Notes: generated from the sequence alone by a model not told the origin. Shown: positions 40,069 to 50,356, counted from the stretch's first letter. The stretch: DNA of 64,000 nucleotides from an uncultured Nitrososphaerota archaeon (GCA_964618805.1 CAZUBM010000001.1:192010-256009), one strand, 5' to 3'. Numbers and translations are program-made.

Positions 40069-41209
40069 GGAAAGAGTAGATGTAGCTATCATAGGAGGAG
40101 GAATAAGCGGGATAGCTCTCGCCTATGAACTTTCAAAGAGGGGAGTAGAGGTCGCTGTTTTTGAGAAGAGCTTCTTGGGTGCTGGATCCACCGGAAGATG
40201 TGGTGGCGGAATAAGACAGCAATTCAGTACGGAGGAAAACATCAGATTGGCGATGGAGAGCGTTAAAATATTCGAGAGGATGGAAGAAGAACTTGGTTGG
40301 GACATAGAATACTATCAAGGAGGATACCTCATTCTTGCTCATAATGAAGATGAAGTAAAACAATTTGAGAAGAACGTTAGACTGCAGAGAAGCTTGGGAC
40401 TCGATGTTCAATGGCTTGAGAGGGGCGAAATAAATGACATTGTTCCAGAACTTGATGTTGAGAGCATCGGTGCTATTGCTGCGACCTTCTGTCCTACAGA
40501 TGGTCATGCTTATCCTCCAAAAGCGCTTTTAGCATACGCTGAAAACGCTAGAAAGCTTGGTGCTTGCATATATGAGTTTACTGAGGTTAAGAAGATAATT
40601 ATTGAAGATGGAAGAGTAGCTGGAGTAATAACTAGCAGAGGGGAAACCAGATCAAAGTTTGTCGTTAACGCAGCAGGAGCCTGGTCTCCTCTCATTGCTA
40701 AAATGGTGGGGATAGAACTTCCGAATAAGCCCTACAGGCACGAAATTTTGATAACAGAGCCCATATCTCACTTTTTAGACCCAATGGTTATCTCATTTCA
40801 TGATAATGTGTACTTCAGGCAAACGATGAGGGGTGGCATAATAGGAGGGTGGGGAGATCCTGAGGAGAAACCTGGCTTTAATTTTACCTCAAGCTTCAGA
40901 TTTGTCACTAGGATGGCCAAATTGTTGAGGAAATATGTACCCTCTCTAAAACCCATAAGAATATTGAGGCAATGGGCAGGGCTTTATGACGTGACTCCGG
41001 ACGCAAAGCCCATCTTAGGACCCGTTAAGGGAATTGAAGGATTTTTACAGATGAACGGTTATTCAGGTCACGGCTTCATGGTAGCTCCTATGTGTGCCGT
41101 CTTGTTAGCTCAGTACATCACAGGAGAGCCTCTATCAATGTCTTTAAAGCCATTTAGCAGTGAAAGGTTTAAAGAGAGGGTTACAGGAGAAGTTTCAGTT
41201 GTTGGTTAA
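40061..41209 (+). CDS. FAD-dependent proline dehydrogenase/sarcosine oxidase beta subunit
   Basis: IIGGGISG, GSTGRCGGGIRQQF, WAGLYDVTPD and GYSGHGFM. Confidence 0.88.
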   Translation: MIKERVDVAIIGGGISGIALAYELSKRGVEVAVFEKSFLGAGSTGRCGGGIRQQFSTEENIRLAMESVKIFERMEEELGWDIEYYQGGYLILAHNEDEVKQFEKNVRLQRSLGLDVQWLERGEINDIVPELDVESIGAIAATFCPTDGHAYPPKALLAYAENARKLGACIYEFTEVKKIIIEDGRVAGVITSRGETRSKFVVNAAGAWSPLIAKMVGIELPNKPYRHEILITEPISHFLDPMVISFHDNVYFRQTMRGGIIGGWGDPEEKPGFNFTSSFRFVTRMAKLLRKYVPSLKPIRILRQWAGLYDVTPDAKPILGPVKGIEGFLQMNGYSGHGFMVAPMCAVLLAQYITGEPLSMSLKPFSSERFKERVTGEVSVVG

Positions 41210-41808
41210 AGCCGAGCGTTGGGTTTTCTTAGAATCATCTTCTTTAAACGGACGTAGGATCTGCTTATCGGTCCAGAAAGATGTACATTCGAAAGTATAA
41301 GGACATCCTCTCCTTCGATATTTGTAATCCAAAATTCAGCATCGATTACGGGTAAAGCTATTCTAGTTCCTCCTGAGGGTACAAACCTGAAGCCTTCTGC
41401 TTTTACTTTTTCCTTCCCAACTTTGAACTTCTTTGTACCCAAACTTTCTATTATTCCATAGCTTCGATCTTCTTGATGTCTAGTTGATATCCACTCTGCT
41501 TTAGCCTGTTCAAGATAAGAGACTAGAGGTCCAAGATAGAGTTCCATAAGTTGTTTCAGTTTAGAGCCAGATAAGATATTTCCTCCTATCCTTGCCTTTA
41601 GCTTGCCTGTGAAGTTGGTTCCTACGAAAATTCTCATTGATTCTCTCTCAAACGAACAAGATATTTGGAATTCACTAGGCCTATCACCGACTTGCTCCAT
41701 TGTCCACAAAACTTTGTCCCCATTCTGCTCAAGCTCTATCTCTAAGAAAGTAAAGAGCTTTATAGCCCAGTGTAGCGCTTTTTCTGGAATAGTTAGATCT
41801 TTACTCAC
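41206..41808 (-). CDS. Hypothetical protein
   Basis: 200-aa ORF with a GTG start 7 nt after GGTG. Confidence 0.65.
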   Translation of the reverse strand: MSKDLTIPEKALHWAIKLFTFLEIELEQNGDKVLWTMEQVGDRPSEFQISCSFERESMRIFVGTNFTGKLKARIGGNILSGSKLKQLMELYLGPLVSYLEQAKAEWISTRHQEDRSYGIIESLGTKKFKVGKEKVKAEGFRFVPSGGTRIALPVIDAEFWITNIEGEDVLILSNVHLSGPISRSYVRLKKMILRKPNARL

Positions 41809-41879
41809 AAGAATACACCATGTGCTCTTTCCTGATGAAATAGTTTAAATCATTTTACTTCCATCCAAAATAGGTTCTT

Positions 41880-43259
41880 ATGGAGTTAGATGAGGCTATT
41901 TCAATTGGATTAGATCTGGGAGCCGACTTCATTGACATAAGAGAGCAAGAAATACTAACTACCTCCATAGAGATAGTTAACGGAACTGTAAGGACTCTGT
42001 CTACTGGTAAAAAGAGGGGATACGGCATTAGAAGCTTTTATAGAGGGGCTTGGGGTTTTTCCGTAACTCATAGTAAAAGTAAAGATCTGTTAACAAGAGC
42101 TGTTGAGGACAGCGTGAGATTAGCAAAGCTTTCAGCGTCTTTAAAGGAAGAAAAGTTCGAGCTTGAGGGAAAAGGCTATAAAGGAAAGGCATCAGTCCCT
42201 CAAATCGAGCCTCCTTCTAAAGTCCCAATTGAGGAAAAATTGAAAAAAGCACTCGAGCTAGAGAAGTCTGCAAGAATAGACGAGAGAGTAAAGAACGTCA
42301 CAGTTCGCTATAATGATGTTACTTTGTATGAAGGGGTATTAAACAGCTTTGGAACGAAGGTTGAGCAGGAGATATCACGCGTCAATTCCTATGTCTTCGT
42401 GTTCGCGAGCGAAGCTGGAATTACAGAAAGGGCATTTGAAAGCATTGGAGGAACTGCCGGTTTTGAAATTTTGAGAAGCGATAAAGCAGCAATTATTGGT
42501 GAGAAAGCTGCAAGAAGAGCTGTAGAGCTTCTAAGTGCCAAATCTGCTCCTGCTGGCCAATATAAGGCTGTTTTAGATCAGAAACTGGCTGGTATATTCA
42601 TTCATGAAGCATTTGGCCATGCTACTGAAGCTGATTCAGTTTTGGCAAAGATGAGCGTGTTGGAAGGGAGAATAGGAACGCAGGTGGGATCAAAATTAGT
42701 AAACGTAGTTGATGATCCAACATTGCCAAACCTTTATGGAAGTTACCCCTTCGACGATGAAGGAACTCCTTCAAAAAAGAAATACCTAGTAAAGGAGGGC
42801 ATACTCGTTGGATTCATGCATTCGTTGGAGACTTCCTCAAGGATGGGGCAAGAATGTACGGGAAACGGCAGATCAATGAGCTACAGTAATCCGCCAATCG
42901 TTAGAATGAGCAACACTTTCATAGCTAAAGGTGATTGGAAATTTGAGGAGTTGCTTGAAGAAATAGATGAAGGAATTTACGCAAAAGGGGGAATTTACGG
43001 CTATACAGAGCCCTCGAAGGGCCAGTTCATGTTTAAAGCGGAAGAAGGCTGGCTGATCAGAAAAGGGGAATTGGTAGAGAGATTAAGGGAGGTAGCCATA
43101 GCAGGCATGACATTAGAGGTTTTACACAACATCGATGCTGTTGCCGACGATCTGGAGATGAGGATAGGCCATTGCGGTAAGGGGGGACAGTGGGTTCCTA
43201 CGACAGCAGGTTCCCCTCACATAAGGGTAAAGAGAATGATTTTTGGTGGTCTAAGATGA
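41880..43259 (+). CDS. tldD: TldD metalloprotease
   Basis: HEAFGHATEAD, DDEG, RMSNT and CGKGGQWVP. Confidence 0.92.
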   Translation: MELDEAISIGLDLGADFIDIREQEILTTSIEIVNGTVRTLSTGKKRGYGIRSFYRGAWGFSVTHSKSKDLLTRAVEDSVRLAKLSASLKEEKFELEGKGYKGKASVPQIEPPSKVPIEEKLKKALELEKSARIDERVKNVTVRYNDVTLYEGVLNSFGTKVEQEISRVNSYVFVFASEAGITERAFESIGGTAGFEILRSDKAAIIGEKAARRAVELLSAKSAPAGQYKAVLDQKLAGIFIHEAFGHATEADSVLAKMSVLEGRIGTQVGSKLVNVVDDPTLPNLYGSYPFDDEGTPSKKKYLVKEGILVGFMHSLETSSRMGQECTGNGRSMSYSNPPIVRMSNTFIAKGDWKFEELLEEIDEGIYAKGGIYGYTEPSKGQFMFKAEEGWLIRKGELVERLREVAIAGMTLEVLHNIDAVADDLEMRIGHCGKGGQWVPTTAGSPHIRVKRMIFGGLR

Positions 43260-44593
43260 GTAAGGATGAACTTCTAAGTTTTGGAGAGATGGCTGTTAAG
43301 AATGCACTATCTGAAGGGGTCGATCAGGCTGAAGCATTTCTATACAAGGGAAGATTACTCTCGATAACTGTTGAGAAAGGCGAGGTGAAAAAGGCTGAAA
43401 GCATAGTTGAGAAAGGCATAGGCATCAGGGTTGCGATAGGAAAGAAAATTGGTTTCTCCTACTCAACTGAGTTTGAAGAAACAGACATTGTTGCAAGAAG
43501 AGCCATTGAGAATGCAAGAGCTTCTCCTCCAGATCCGGACTTCAAGTCCTTTCCAGAACCAACAGAGCCTTCTGAGGTAGGAGAGCTTTTTGACAAAAGA
43601 ATAGCTGAACTTGGGGTAGAGGACGCGGCAAAGATGATAAAGGAGATGGTTGAATCGGCAAGGGTGGATAAAAAGGTTTACTCCATTGGAGGAGCCTTCT
43701 TCTCCGCAGCAGGCACCATGGCCGTCATAAATTCCTTAGGCATCCAGAGAGCCGATGATCTAACTCAAACCTACATCTACGCCTATGTCTCAGCAAAAGA
43801 TGGAGATGATATGAGTGCTGGCTATGAGTTTAATCAAGGCAGGCACCTTTCTGAGATTAATCCTAGCTGGGTTGGAAAAGAGGCAGCAAGCCTAGCCATT
43901 AAATCCCTAGGAGCTGTTAGGGTGGAGACCGGATATTATGACGTGATAATAGATCCAGTAGCGATGCCCTCTTTTATAGGCTTTCTGGTTTCCTCTGCAG
44001 CCAATGCGGAAAATGTACAGTATGGAAGGTCTTTCCTAACTGGTAAGCTTGGAAAGAAAATAGGAAGGGAAGAGATAAGCATTTTTGACGATGGGACAAT
44101 TCCTGGCGCGTATGCTAGTGTTAGTTTCGATGGAGAAGGAGTGAGCACAAGGAGAACGCCAGTAATTCTTAATGGATCTTTAATGAGCTACATTCACAAT
44201 TCTTATACAGCTAAAAAAGCAGGAGTCCAAAACACCGGGAATGCATCTAGAAGCTATGACTCCTTACCGTCCATAGATTCTCATAACGTAATCTTGGAAG
44301 CAAAGAGCCTTGAAGCAAAAAAGGAAGAACTCCTAGATGTCAAGAAAGGTATACTTTTCAAGGAAACTGGAGATAGACCAAACTTAGCAAATGGAGAATT
44401 TAGTGGGCTGATGTCCTGCGCATTTCTCATAGAAAATGGTGAAATAACGAAAGGACTCAAAGAAGCTGGCTTTGGCATTAACTTATTGGACTTTCTTACT
44501 AAGATCGACTTGATCGGAGATGAAAAGAGGCAGGTAGGGTCAACCATTTCACCTTCTTGCAGAATTAGAGATATGAGAGTTGCTGGCAAGTAA
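43256..44593 (+). CDS. pmbA: TldE/PmbA partner subunit
   Basis: FDGEGV and TGNA, no HExxxH. ATGA overlap with tldD. Confidence 0.88.
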   Translation: MSKDELLSFGEMAVKNALSEGVDQAEAFLYKGRLLSITVEKGEVKKAESIVEKGIGIRVAIGKKIGFSYSTEFEETDIVARRAIENARASPPDPDFKSFPEPTEPSEVGELFDKRIAELGVEDAAKMIKEMVESARVDKKVYSIGGAFFSAAGTMAVINSLGIQRADDLTQTYIYAYVSAKDGDDMSAGYEFNQGRHLSEINPSWVGKEAASLAIKSLGAVRVETGYYDVIIDPVAMPSFIGFLVSSAANAENVQYGRSFLTGKLGKKIGREEISIFDDGTIPGAYASVSFDGEGVSTRRTPVILNGSLMSYIHNSYTAKKAGVQNTGNASRSYDSLPSIDSHNVILEAKSLEAKKEELLDVKKGILFKETGDRPNLANGEFSGLMSCAFLIENGEITKGLKEAGFGINLLDFLTKIDLIGDEKRQVGSTISPSCRIRDMRVAGK

Positions 44594-44716
44594 ATTATAG
44601 CAAAAAGAAAGAGAAATTCTTGAAATATAATTACCTAATCTTCTGTCAGAAAAACGTGTTGAGTTCTGATCTCTAACACAGTGAAAATCTAGTTTGGTCT
44701 TTACTCTGATTTTTGG

Positions 44717-45415
44717 TCACTCATTTCTGTTGATGTAGCCATCATTTAGGTCTGAGGCAAGTTCCTTTCTAAAACAATTTAAAATTGCTTTGATCCTTTT
44801 CTGAACGTCTTCTATTGTGCCAGTTCCATCTACCTCTCTCAACACCCCCCTTTTTGCATAATATTCGATGAGCTGAGAAGACTCTCTTTCATAAACTTCA
44901 AGCCTTCTCTTCACCACTTCTTCTTTATCATCCTCTCTTTGGTAGAGGTGTCCGCCACAGATGTCGCAGATCTCATCATTTTTAGGCGGGTTAAATATTA
45001 AATGATAGATTGCACCGCATTTCTCGCATATTCTGCGGGAAGATAGGCGTCTAATGAGCTCTTCTTTATTTACCTTAAGGTAAATTGCTAAATCAACGCT
45101 AAGGCCTTTCTTTTCTAACCACCTTGTTAGTGCTTCAGCCTGCCTTAGATTACGAGGAAAACCATCTAAAACAAATCCCTTCTCGCAGTCAGGCATCTCA
45201 AGCCTATCCATAATTATCTTTATAGTGATTTCATCTGGAACAAGCTCGCCTTTAAGCACATATCCCTTAATTTTCTCTGCAAGAGGACCATCCCTCCGGA
45301 TAATATCTCTAAAGATCTCGCCTGATGCTATAACAGGAATGCTGAACTCTTTGGAGATTATCGTTGCATGGGTTCCTTTGCCCGAGCCTGGTGGGCCAAG
45401 CATTATGATCCTCAT
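44717..45415 (-). CDS. adk: Adenylate kinase, long type with Zn-binding LID
   Basis: GPPGSGKGT, LDGFPR, CEKC...CDIC and QREDD. Confidence 0.93.
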   Translation of the reverse strand: MRIIMLGPPGSGKGTHATIISKEFSIPVIASGEIFRDIIRRDGPLAEKIKGYVLKGELVPDEITIKIIMDRLEMPDCEKGFVLDGFPRNLRQAEALTRWLEKKGLSVDLAIYLKVNKEELIRRLSSRRICEKCGAIYHLIFNPPKNDEICDICGGHLYQREDDKEEVVKRRLEVYERESSQLIEYYAKRGVLREVDGTGTIEDVQKRIKAILNCFRKELASDLNDGYINRNE

Positions 45416-45647
45416 CGCAATGTCGCAAATAATTAGTTACAACTTTTAACTTTTCTTAACAACGCTTGTAGAGAAATCAGCTTACATTACCTTCGTTTTT
45501 CTAAACCTAGAACTATGGAAATAGGCACTGTTAGGGTAGTTCTAGCTAAAAACAAAGATACTTGTGACCAAAGATTTATTTCTGATGAATTTAACACGTA
45601 TAAAAATAAATTAAACTGTTCTTGATTGCTGAGAAGAAGGTTTCCAA

Positions 45648-46847
45648 CTACTTAAGCAAATATACACCTAAGAACAGGAAAAGGGTCGTCATAAGATCAG
45701 CAGATGAAGTAACCATTGGTACAACGAAGTTATCTGGATCCCATCCCCTTTTGAATGTTCCTTCAGCTACGATGAAGGATAGCAGAGATATTGCTAAAAA
45801 GCCAATAAGATTAGTGAAAAGTGAGAGCTTTATTAGAGTGAAGGCAGTGCCACGTACTAATTCACCAGAAAAGGATGCTCCTAGAAACCCTAATAAGCTG
45901 AATAAAACAAATGCTGAAATTTCTACAGCAACAGCATCCATTACAAAAAGCTGGATTCTCTGCTTAATAGAACTACTTAGCCCGATTGCTAGCTTAGTTG
46001 TGGTTATCGATCCTATAATAGATCCCATTCCTCCAAGAACGCTCATCATTGCAGGGTACACAGCAATCAGCCCAGGCAAAGCCTCAATTTTAAGTCGAAA
46101 TCTTGCTAGAACCGATCCACTAAAGCTTCCCAAAAGGCTGGAAGCGAAGACACTAGAAACCCCTTCTAAAATAGTCTTTCTAAAGAAAGACTCGGTAATG
46201 TGGATCTTACAAAAACCCAAAACCAAAACTGATGAAAGGAGTGAAAACAATGCTAAGAGAGATAGAAGCCCTCTTTCAATGACCTTAACCGCTATGAAAA
46301 AGATTGATGCTACTATAATATCGTTCATCATGGAAACAGCAGGATACACAACTATATCTGGATCAAATCCCCTTCTAAAGCTTAGAATAGCAACGACTAC
46401 CGTAATTGGCATGGCTAAAGCGACCGAAGCTAGGCAAACGAAGGTTGGCAGGAACAAGTAAATGAGTAAGTGATCTACTCTTGCATGTCCTATGCTTAAA
46501 TTAAGGAAGAAGGAGAAAAAACCCATTCCTAGCGTGTCTAAAAAGGCCAGAACAAATATAGATTTGAGTAAAAGGTAGAACTCTTTGGTATTTCCTGTAA
46601 AAGACGCTCTAGCCCTCCCGGTGTTTAGCATAGTCCCTAGCTTCCCAGAAAGAATTCCTCCTATATCTCCACGTATAGTTAAGACGGGAGGAAAAAGTGC
46701 TAAGATCCATGGAGATTCAATAAATCCGTAAGACAAAAAAGACACAATTCCTCCAGCAAAAACGCTACCTAGATTGAAAGTAAGAGCTAGTAGCGACTGA
46801 GTAGTGGTAGAAAGCATACTTTTGGATTGGTTCTTCCTGTAAGTCAA
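45648..46847 (-). CDS. MgtE/SLC41-type divalent cation transporter (two membrane repeats)
   Basis: Repeated P....GxxGxI and GFDPD/GWDPDN...D motifs. Confidence 0.8.
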   Translation of the reverse strand: MTYRKNQSKSMLSTTTQSLLALTFNLGSVFAGGIVSFLSYGFIESPWILALFPPVLTIRGDIGGILSGKLGTMLNTGRARASFTGNTKEFYLLLKSIFVLAFLDTLGMGFFSFFLNLSIGHARVDHLLIYLFLPTFVCLASVALAMPITVVVAILSFRRGFDPDIVVYPAVSMMNDIIVASIFFIAVKVIERGLLSLLALFSLLSSVLVLGFCKIHITESFFRKTILEGVSSVFASSLLGSFSGSVLARFRLKIEALPGLIAVYPAMMSVLGGMGSIIGSITTTKLAIGLSSSIKQRIQLFVMDAVAVEISAFVLFSLLGFLGASFSGELVRGTAFTLIKLSLFTNLIGFLAISLLSFIVAEGTFKRGWDPDNFVVPMVTSSADLMTTLFLFLGVYLLK

Positions 46848-46984
46848 TGTTGCCCCATGCCAGTGCCCCTCCTCTATTCAATGATCCATCCTCCTCCGTG
46901 GTCAAAGAAGCTTGACCTCTAAATCATTTAAAAAGTATTTGAATGACAATAGTCCTTCTTTGGAAATTTGCCATATATAGGCCC

Positions 46985-48202
46985 TTACATCCCTTCTACT
47001 CCGGAAAGAATCATTTTCTCGAAGCTTTCCCTCCCCTCCTTGTATCCACTGACCACCACAAGATCTCCACCAGCCAACACAAACGAGGGTGTTGGTTTGT
47101 ATATCCACCTGTCACCTCTCTTCACAGCTATAACCCTAAGACCCATTTCCTCCAAATTAAGTTCAGCAAGGCTGAGTCCTACAACTTTACTTCCGTCCTT
47201 TATATCTATCATAAAGACGATGTCCGCAGTTTCTCTCATAACTTGCTCAATTATAGGATGAGGCCTTACTCCTCCTAAAACAACCTCTGCAATTGATCTA
47301 GCAGCATCAGTTATGTTCTCCGCTGCTAAAGCTAGCCTAAGAAGGCCAAGAACTTTTTCTTCAGGAATTCCCTTTTCTCTTCCCAATTTTATTGCCTCCA
47401 GCTCTAAGTCGGTGTGAAGTAGATCAACTAGCAATTCTAGCTTTTCAACCTCTCTTGCTAAGTCTGGATTGAAATAAAGAAAACTTGAATGAGCTAGATC
47501 TACCGAAAGTTTAGCTAAGTCGATCAGATCTGCAAGCATACTTCCAAGTTTCTCCTCAGGAGTCTTAGCCTCCTCTTCTCCTAAGGGAGGAAGCTGGGGA
47601 ACCATGAACTCCCTAAGTTCACCAGAAGCTATGTTTCTAAATGCAGAAAGACTCTCACGATCCCCTCTAACTAATACAAGATCATTAGGCAACATTACGA
47701 TATCTGAAGGATCAAATATCCACTCCTCGCCTCTCTTAAGGGCTATTATATCAACTCCTATTTTGCCTTCTAAAGCCAATTCCTTTGGACTCTTTCCAAC
47801 TAAGATAGAGTTTGCACTAAGGGAGTACCTGCCTATCCTCTCTTCAACCTCTTCAAATGCTTCCGAAGCTATTCTTGGAATCCCTAGCCCCCTAAGGACA
47901 GTATAAGCTACATCTGTAGCTGCATCTGACATCTTATCTGAGTTAGAAGCTAGTACCCACAGGCCCAGCATCGCTTCTGCATCTTCCTTGTCTCTAGCTG
48001 CGATAGCAATTATCATAGCTAGTTGATGACATAACCTATCTATTCTCTCACTTAGTTCTACCACGTTTTGTGCGAGATCTTCATCGTTAAAAAGAGCTGA
48101 AGCATATGCTAGATCGATCATTAATTCAGATGTCGAAAGGATTTCGACTAGGAGATCCCTAGCAGGAATGGGCTTAAATTCTACCCTCTCTTCACCCTCC
48201 AA
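46985..48202 (-). CDS. Tandem (PhoU-like + TrkA-C/RCK_C) x2 protein
   Basis: Twice: xDLAxx....DLA..V.ELxxxxD helical bundle followed by S.xVGxS..EL.L...GxxxIAxKRG..WI..P. Confidence 0.8.
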   Translation of the reverse strand: MEGEERVEFKPIPARDLLVEILSTSELMIDLAYASALFNDEDLAQNVVELSERIDRLCHQLAMIIAIAARDKEDAEAMLGLWVLASNSDKMSDAATDVAYTVLRGLGIPRIASEAFEEVEERIGRYSLSANSILVGKSPKELALEGKIGVDIIALKRGEEWIFDPSDIVMLPNDLVLVRGDRESLSAFRNIASGELREFMVPQLPPLGEEEAKTPEEKLGSMLADLIDLAKLSVDLAHSSFLYFNPDLAREVEKLELLVDLLHTDLELEAIKLGREKGIPEEKVLGLLRLALAAENITDAARSIAEVVLGGVRPHPIIEQVMRETADIVFMIDIKDGSKVVGLSLAELNLEEMGLRVIAVKRGDRWIYKPTPSFVLAGGDLVVVSGYKEGRESFEKMILSGVEGM

Positions 48203-48277
48203 TTCGAAGGTCTCCCAGCTTTTGAATGGAAAGTTGTTATTTAAACCTCTATCTGGACAAGGGCTTTGTCCAAGCTA

Positions 48278-48709
48278 TTACTCCCCAACGACCTCTAAGA
48301 TCACTTTCCTAGGCCGAGGGCCATCCAACTCTATGAAAAGTATTCTTTGCCACGTTCCAAGAGTCAACTTACCTCTAACTAAAGGTATGGATATGCTCGA
48401 TCCGCTCAAACAGTTCAATATGTGAGCATGAGCGTTTTGCTCGCGAGCAATCCCACTATACTTAGCATTATGTCTGTAATCCCCTTGTATTGGGACTAGT
48501 TGAGTAAATGTCTTCAGGATATCATGCCAGAGTTCGGGATCGTTTTCGTTAACTGCTATAGCGGCAGTAGTATGTGGCTCCCAGATAACAACGAAGCCTT
48601 CCGAAATGCCAGAGTTTGACACGCTTTTTTCTACCTGGCTTGTGATATCTAATATCTCTAATCGCTTTGAAGACCTTATTCTCACTTCATCCACATAGAC
48701 TCGCATCAT
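48278..48709 (-). CDS. YjbQ/UPF0047 family protein
   Basis: PHTTAAIAVNE, NAHAHI and LGTWQRILFIELDGPR. Confidence 0.92.
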   Translation of the reverse strand: MMRVYVDEVRIRSSKRLEILDITSQVEKSVSNSGISEGFVVIWEPHTTAAIAVNENDPELWHDILKTFTQLVPIQGDYRHNAKYSGIAREQNAHAHILNCLSGSSISIPLVRGKLTLGTWQRILFIELDGPRPRKVILEVVGE

Positions 48710-49297
48710 ATTTCACCAAGAAAATTGAGCGGCTGGCCAGAAATAATAGCTTCTATTGTTGAGAGCAAAGTTTCTGCTGAAGTAATGCCTACGAACTTCT
48801 TTTTCAAAAGAACTTCTTGTCCCTACGAAAAAGTGCCTACGAACTTCTTGTCCCTCAGGATCGATGACGAAAATGGTGGGGATCGCTCTTACTTCATAGG
48901 TCTTTGCTGTGGCGCCTTTTATATCCAAAAGGACGAGCCAATCAAGCTCTTTCTTAGAAATGAACTTCTGAACTGTTTTCTTGCTCTCTCCTACATCTAT
49001 AGAAATGATTACAACTTCATCCTCGTTCACCATAGATTTTAGTTCTTTGAGGTTTCTCATTTGAATTTCGCAAGGACCGCACCACGTAGCCCAGAAATCT
49101 AAGAGAACAACCTTCCCTCTGAAGTCACTGAGCTTTACACTATGCCCTTCTAAGGTCTCCAATTCAAAATCAGGAGCGATATTGGCTTCAGGCTGAGAGA
49201 GCATGAAAAAAGCCAAGATTAAGAGCGTGCATATGATAAGTAGGACTAGTGTAAGCTTTAGCAGCGATCTCATCAGGTCTGGGACCAAAGCTGGCAT
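48706..49297 (-). CDS. Membrane-anchored TlpA/ResA-like thioredoxin, C-terminus frameshifted by a 31-bp insertion
   Basis: APDFEL, LLDFWATWCGPC and VRAIPT. The current stop is at 48713; removing the insertion gives a stop at 48706. Confidence 0.82.
48786..48855. repeat. Interleaved short direct repeats
   Basis: TGCCTACGAACTTCTT at 48786-48801 and 48834-48849; GAACTTCTTGTCCCT at 48810-48824 and 48841-48855. Confidence 0.9.
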
Positions 49298-49339
49298 AAA
49301 AAAGTTTGTCCAAAGAATGTTTCAAAAACAATAAATAAC

Positions 49340-50356
49340 TTATTTAGCCCTAAGGACAATTCTTCTGGTTAATATCTCTAATCTATAACGTTCAGAATAT
49401 TTCAAGCTCTTATATGATTCCTTAGCTAGCAGGATCAAGTGTCCCTCCACAATGCCCTTTAAACCCATTTCTTTCAGCAATTCGAAAACCTCTTCCTCGC
49501 TGGGAACCTTCTCCTTGCACTTGTTTGGACATAAAGTGCACTTACCCCAAATCCATCTCACATCCATGCATGGAACACCATGAGCTAAAGCATTAGCACA
49601 GCAGGCAGATCCTAATGCAATTAAGCCTTTCTCCCTAGCCATTTGCATTGCGAACTCCTTGAGATCTTCCCCTCTTATGTACCTCTGAGAGTTGTTTAAG
49701 GTTTTAACTCTCTTTAGAATGGGTTCTACGTCAATGCCCGCTTTCTTAAGCCTGCTTATTGTTGAATTGGTTACTCTTAAAGTTCCAAAGACAACAGATC
49801 TGAATCCAGCCCTTTTTGCTTCATCTAATATTTCTTCCATTTCAATATCTGTTACTCCAGGAATTATAGGTCTAACAAAGAGAGTTGGAATTGCTTCAAT
49901 AGAAAAAGCTATTTTTGCGCTCTCCATTCTCTCCAAAGGGGAAGGAGCTCCTTTCTCTATTTGCTTATACTTCTCTAAGGTAACAACAGTGACAAGAACG
50001 TTAATTCCTCTAAATGCCGGATTCTCTGGAATCAAACACTTCGTAGAGATCTGTATGGGATTTCCCAACGTCTTGAGGCTTAATATGAAATCGATGGTTT
50101 TCTTAAGAACCCTACCAGGTAATAAGGGTTCACTCAGACTACCAATGGCAAGAAAAACACCCATTTTTCCCCTCACGAAAAATGGATTCCTAATAATCTC
50201 CTTAACAAGCTCATTTCCATTAATTTCAGCAATTTTAGGCTCGAAGCCTATGTCCATATCCCTAATATAGCAGTAAGAGCAATCAAAGGGACAGCCTATC
50301 ACTGGATGTATTGTCAGACCACAGGGTCTCGGTTTCCTTTTAGCATAAGAGGACAT
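49340..50356 (-). CDS. Radical SAM protein (spore-photoproduct-lyase-like) with Cys-rich C-terminus
   Basis: GCPFDCSYCY, GSLSEP, QISTK, RPIIPG and a C-terminal CC...C...CTLCPNKC. Confidence 0.8.
   Translation of the reverse strand: MSSYAKRKPRPCGLTIHPVIGCPFDCSYCYIRDMDIGFEPKIAEINGNELVKEIIRNPFFVRGKMGVFLAIGSLSEPLLPGRVLKKTIDFILSLKTLGNPIQISTKCLIPENPAFRGINVLVTVVTLEKYKQIEKGAPSPLERMESAKIAFSIEAIPTLFVRPIIPGVTDIEMEEILDEAKRAGFRSVVFGTLRVTNSTISRLKKAGIDVEPILKRVKTLNNSQRYIRGEDLKEFAMQMAREKGLIALGSACCANALAHGVPCMDVRWIWGKCTLCPNKCKEKVPSEEEVFELLKEMGLKGIVEGHLILLAKESYKSLKYSERYRLEILTRRIVLRAK

Noticed and set aside
44717-45415. Bacterial-type adenylate kinase as a notable transfer
   Set aside because: Long Zn-LID adenylate kinases are already known from several archaeal lineages.
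45583-45632. Second C/D-like box pair (TGATGA...CTGA)
   Set aside because: The intervening sequence is very AT-rich and lacks internal boxes; more likely promoter or terminator DNA.
45622-46461. Long antisense or alternate-frame ORFs (also 31048..31575, 49692..50270, 26052..26549, 62089..62634)
   Set aside because: They are shadows of well-supported genes and have no motifs of their own.
48786-48855. Mini-CRISPR array
   Set aside because: The repeats are only 15-16 nt, interleaved and inside a CDS, and there are no cas genes.
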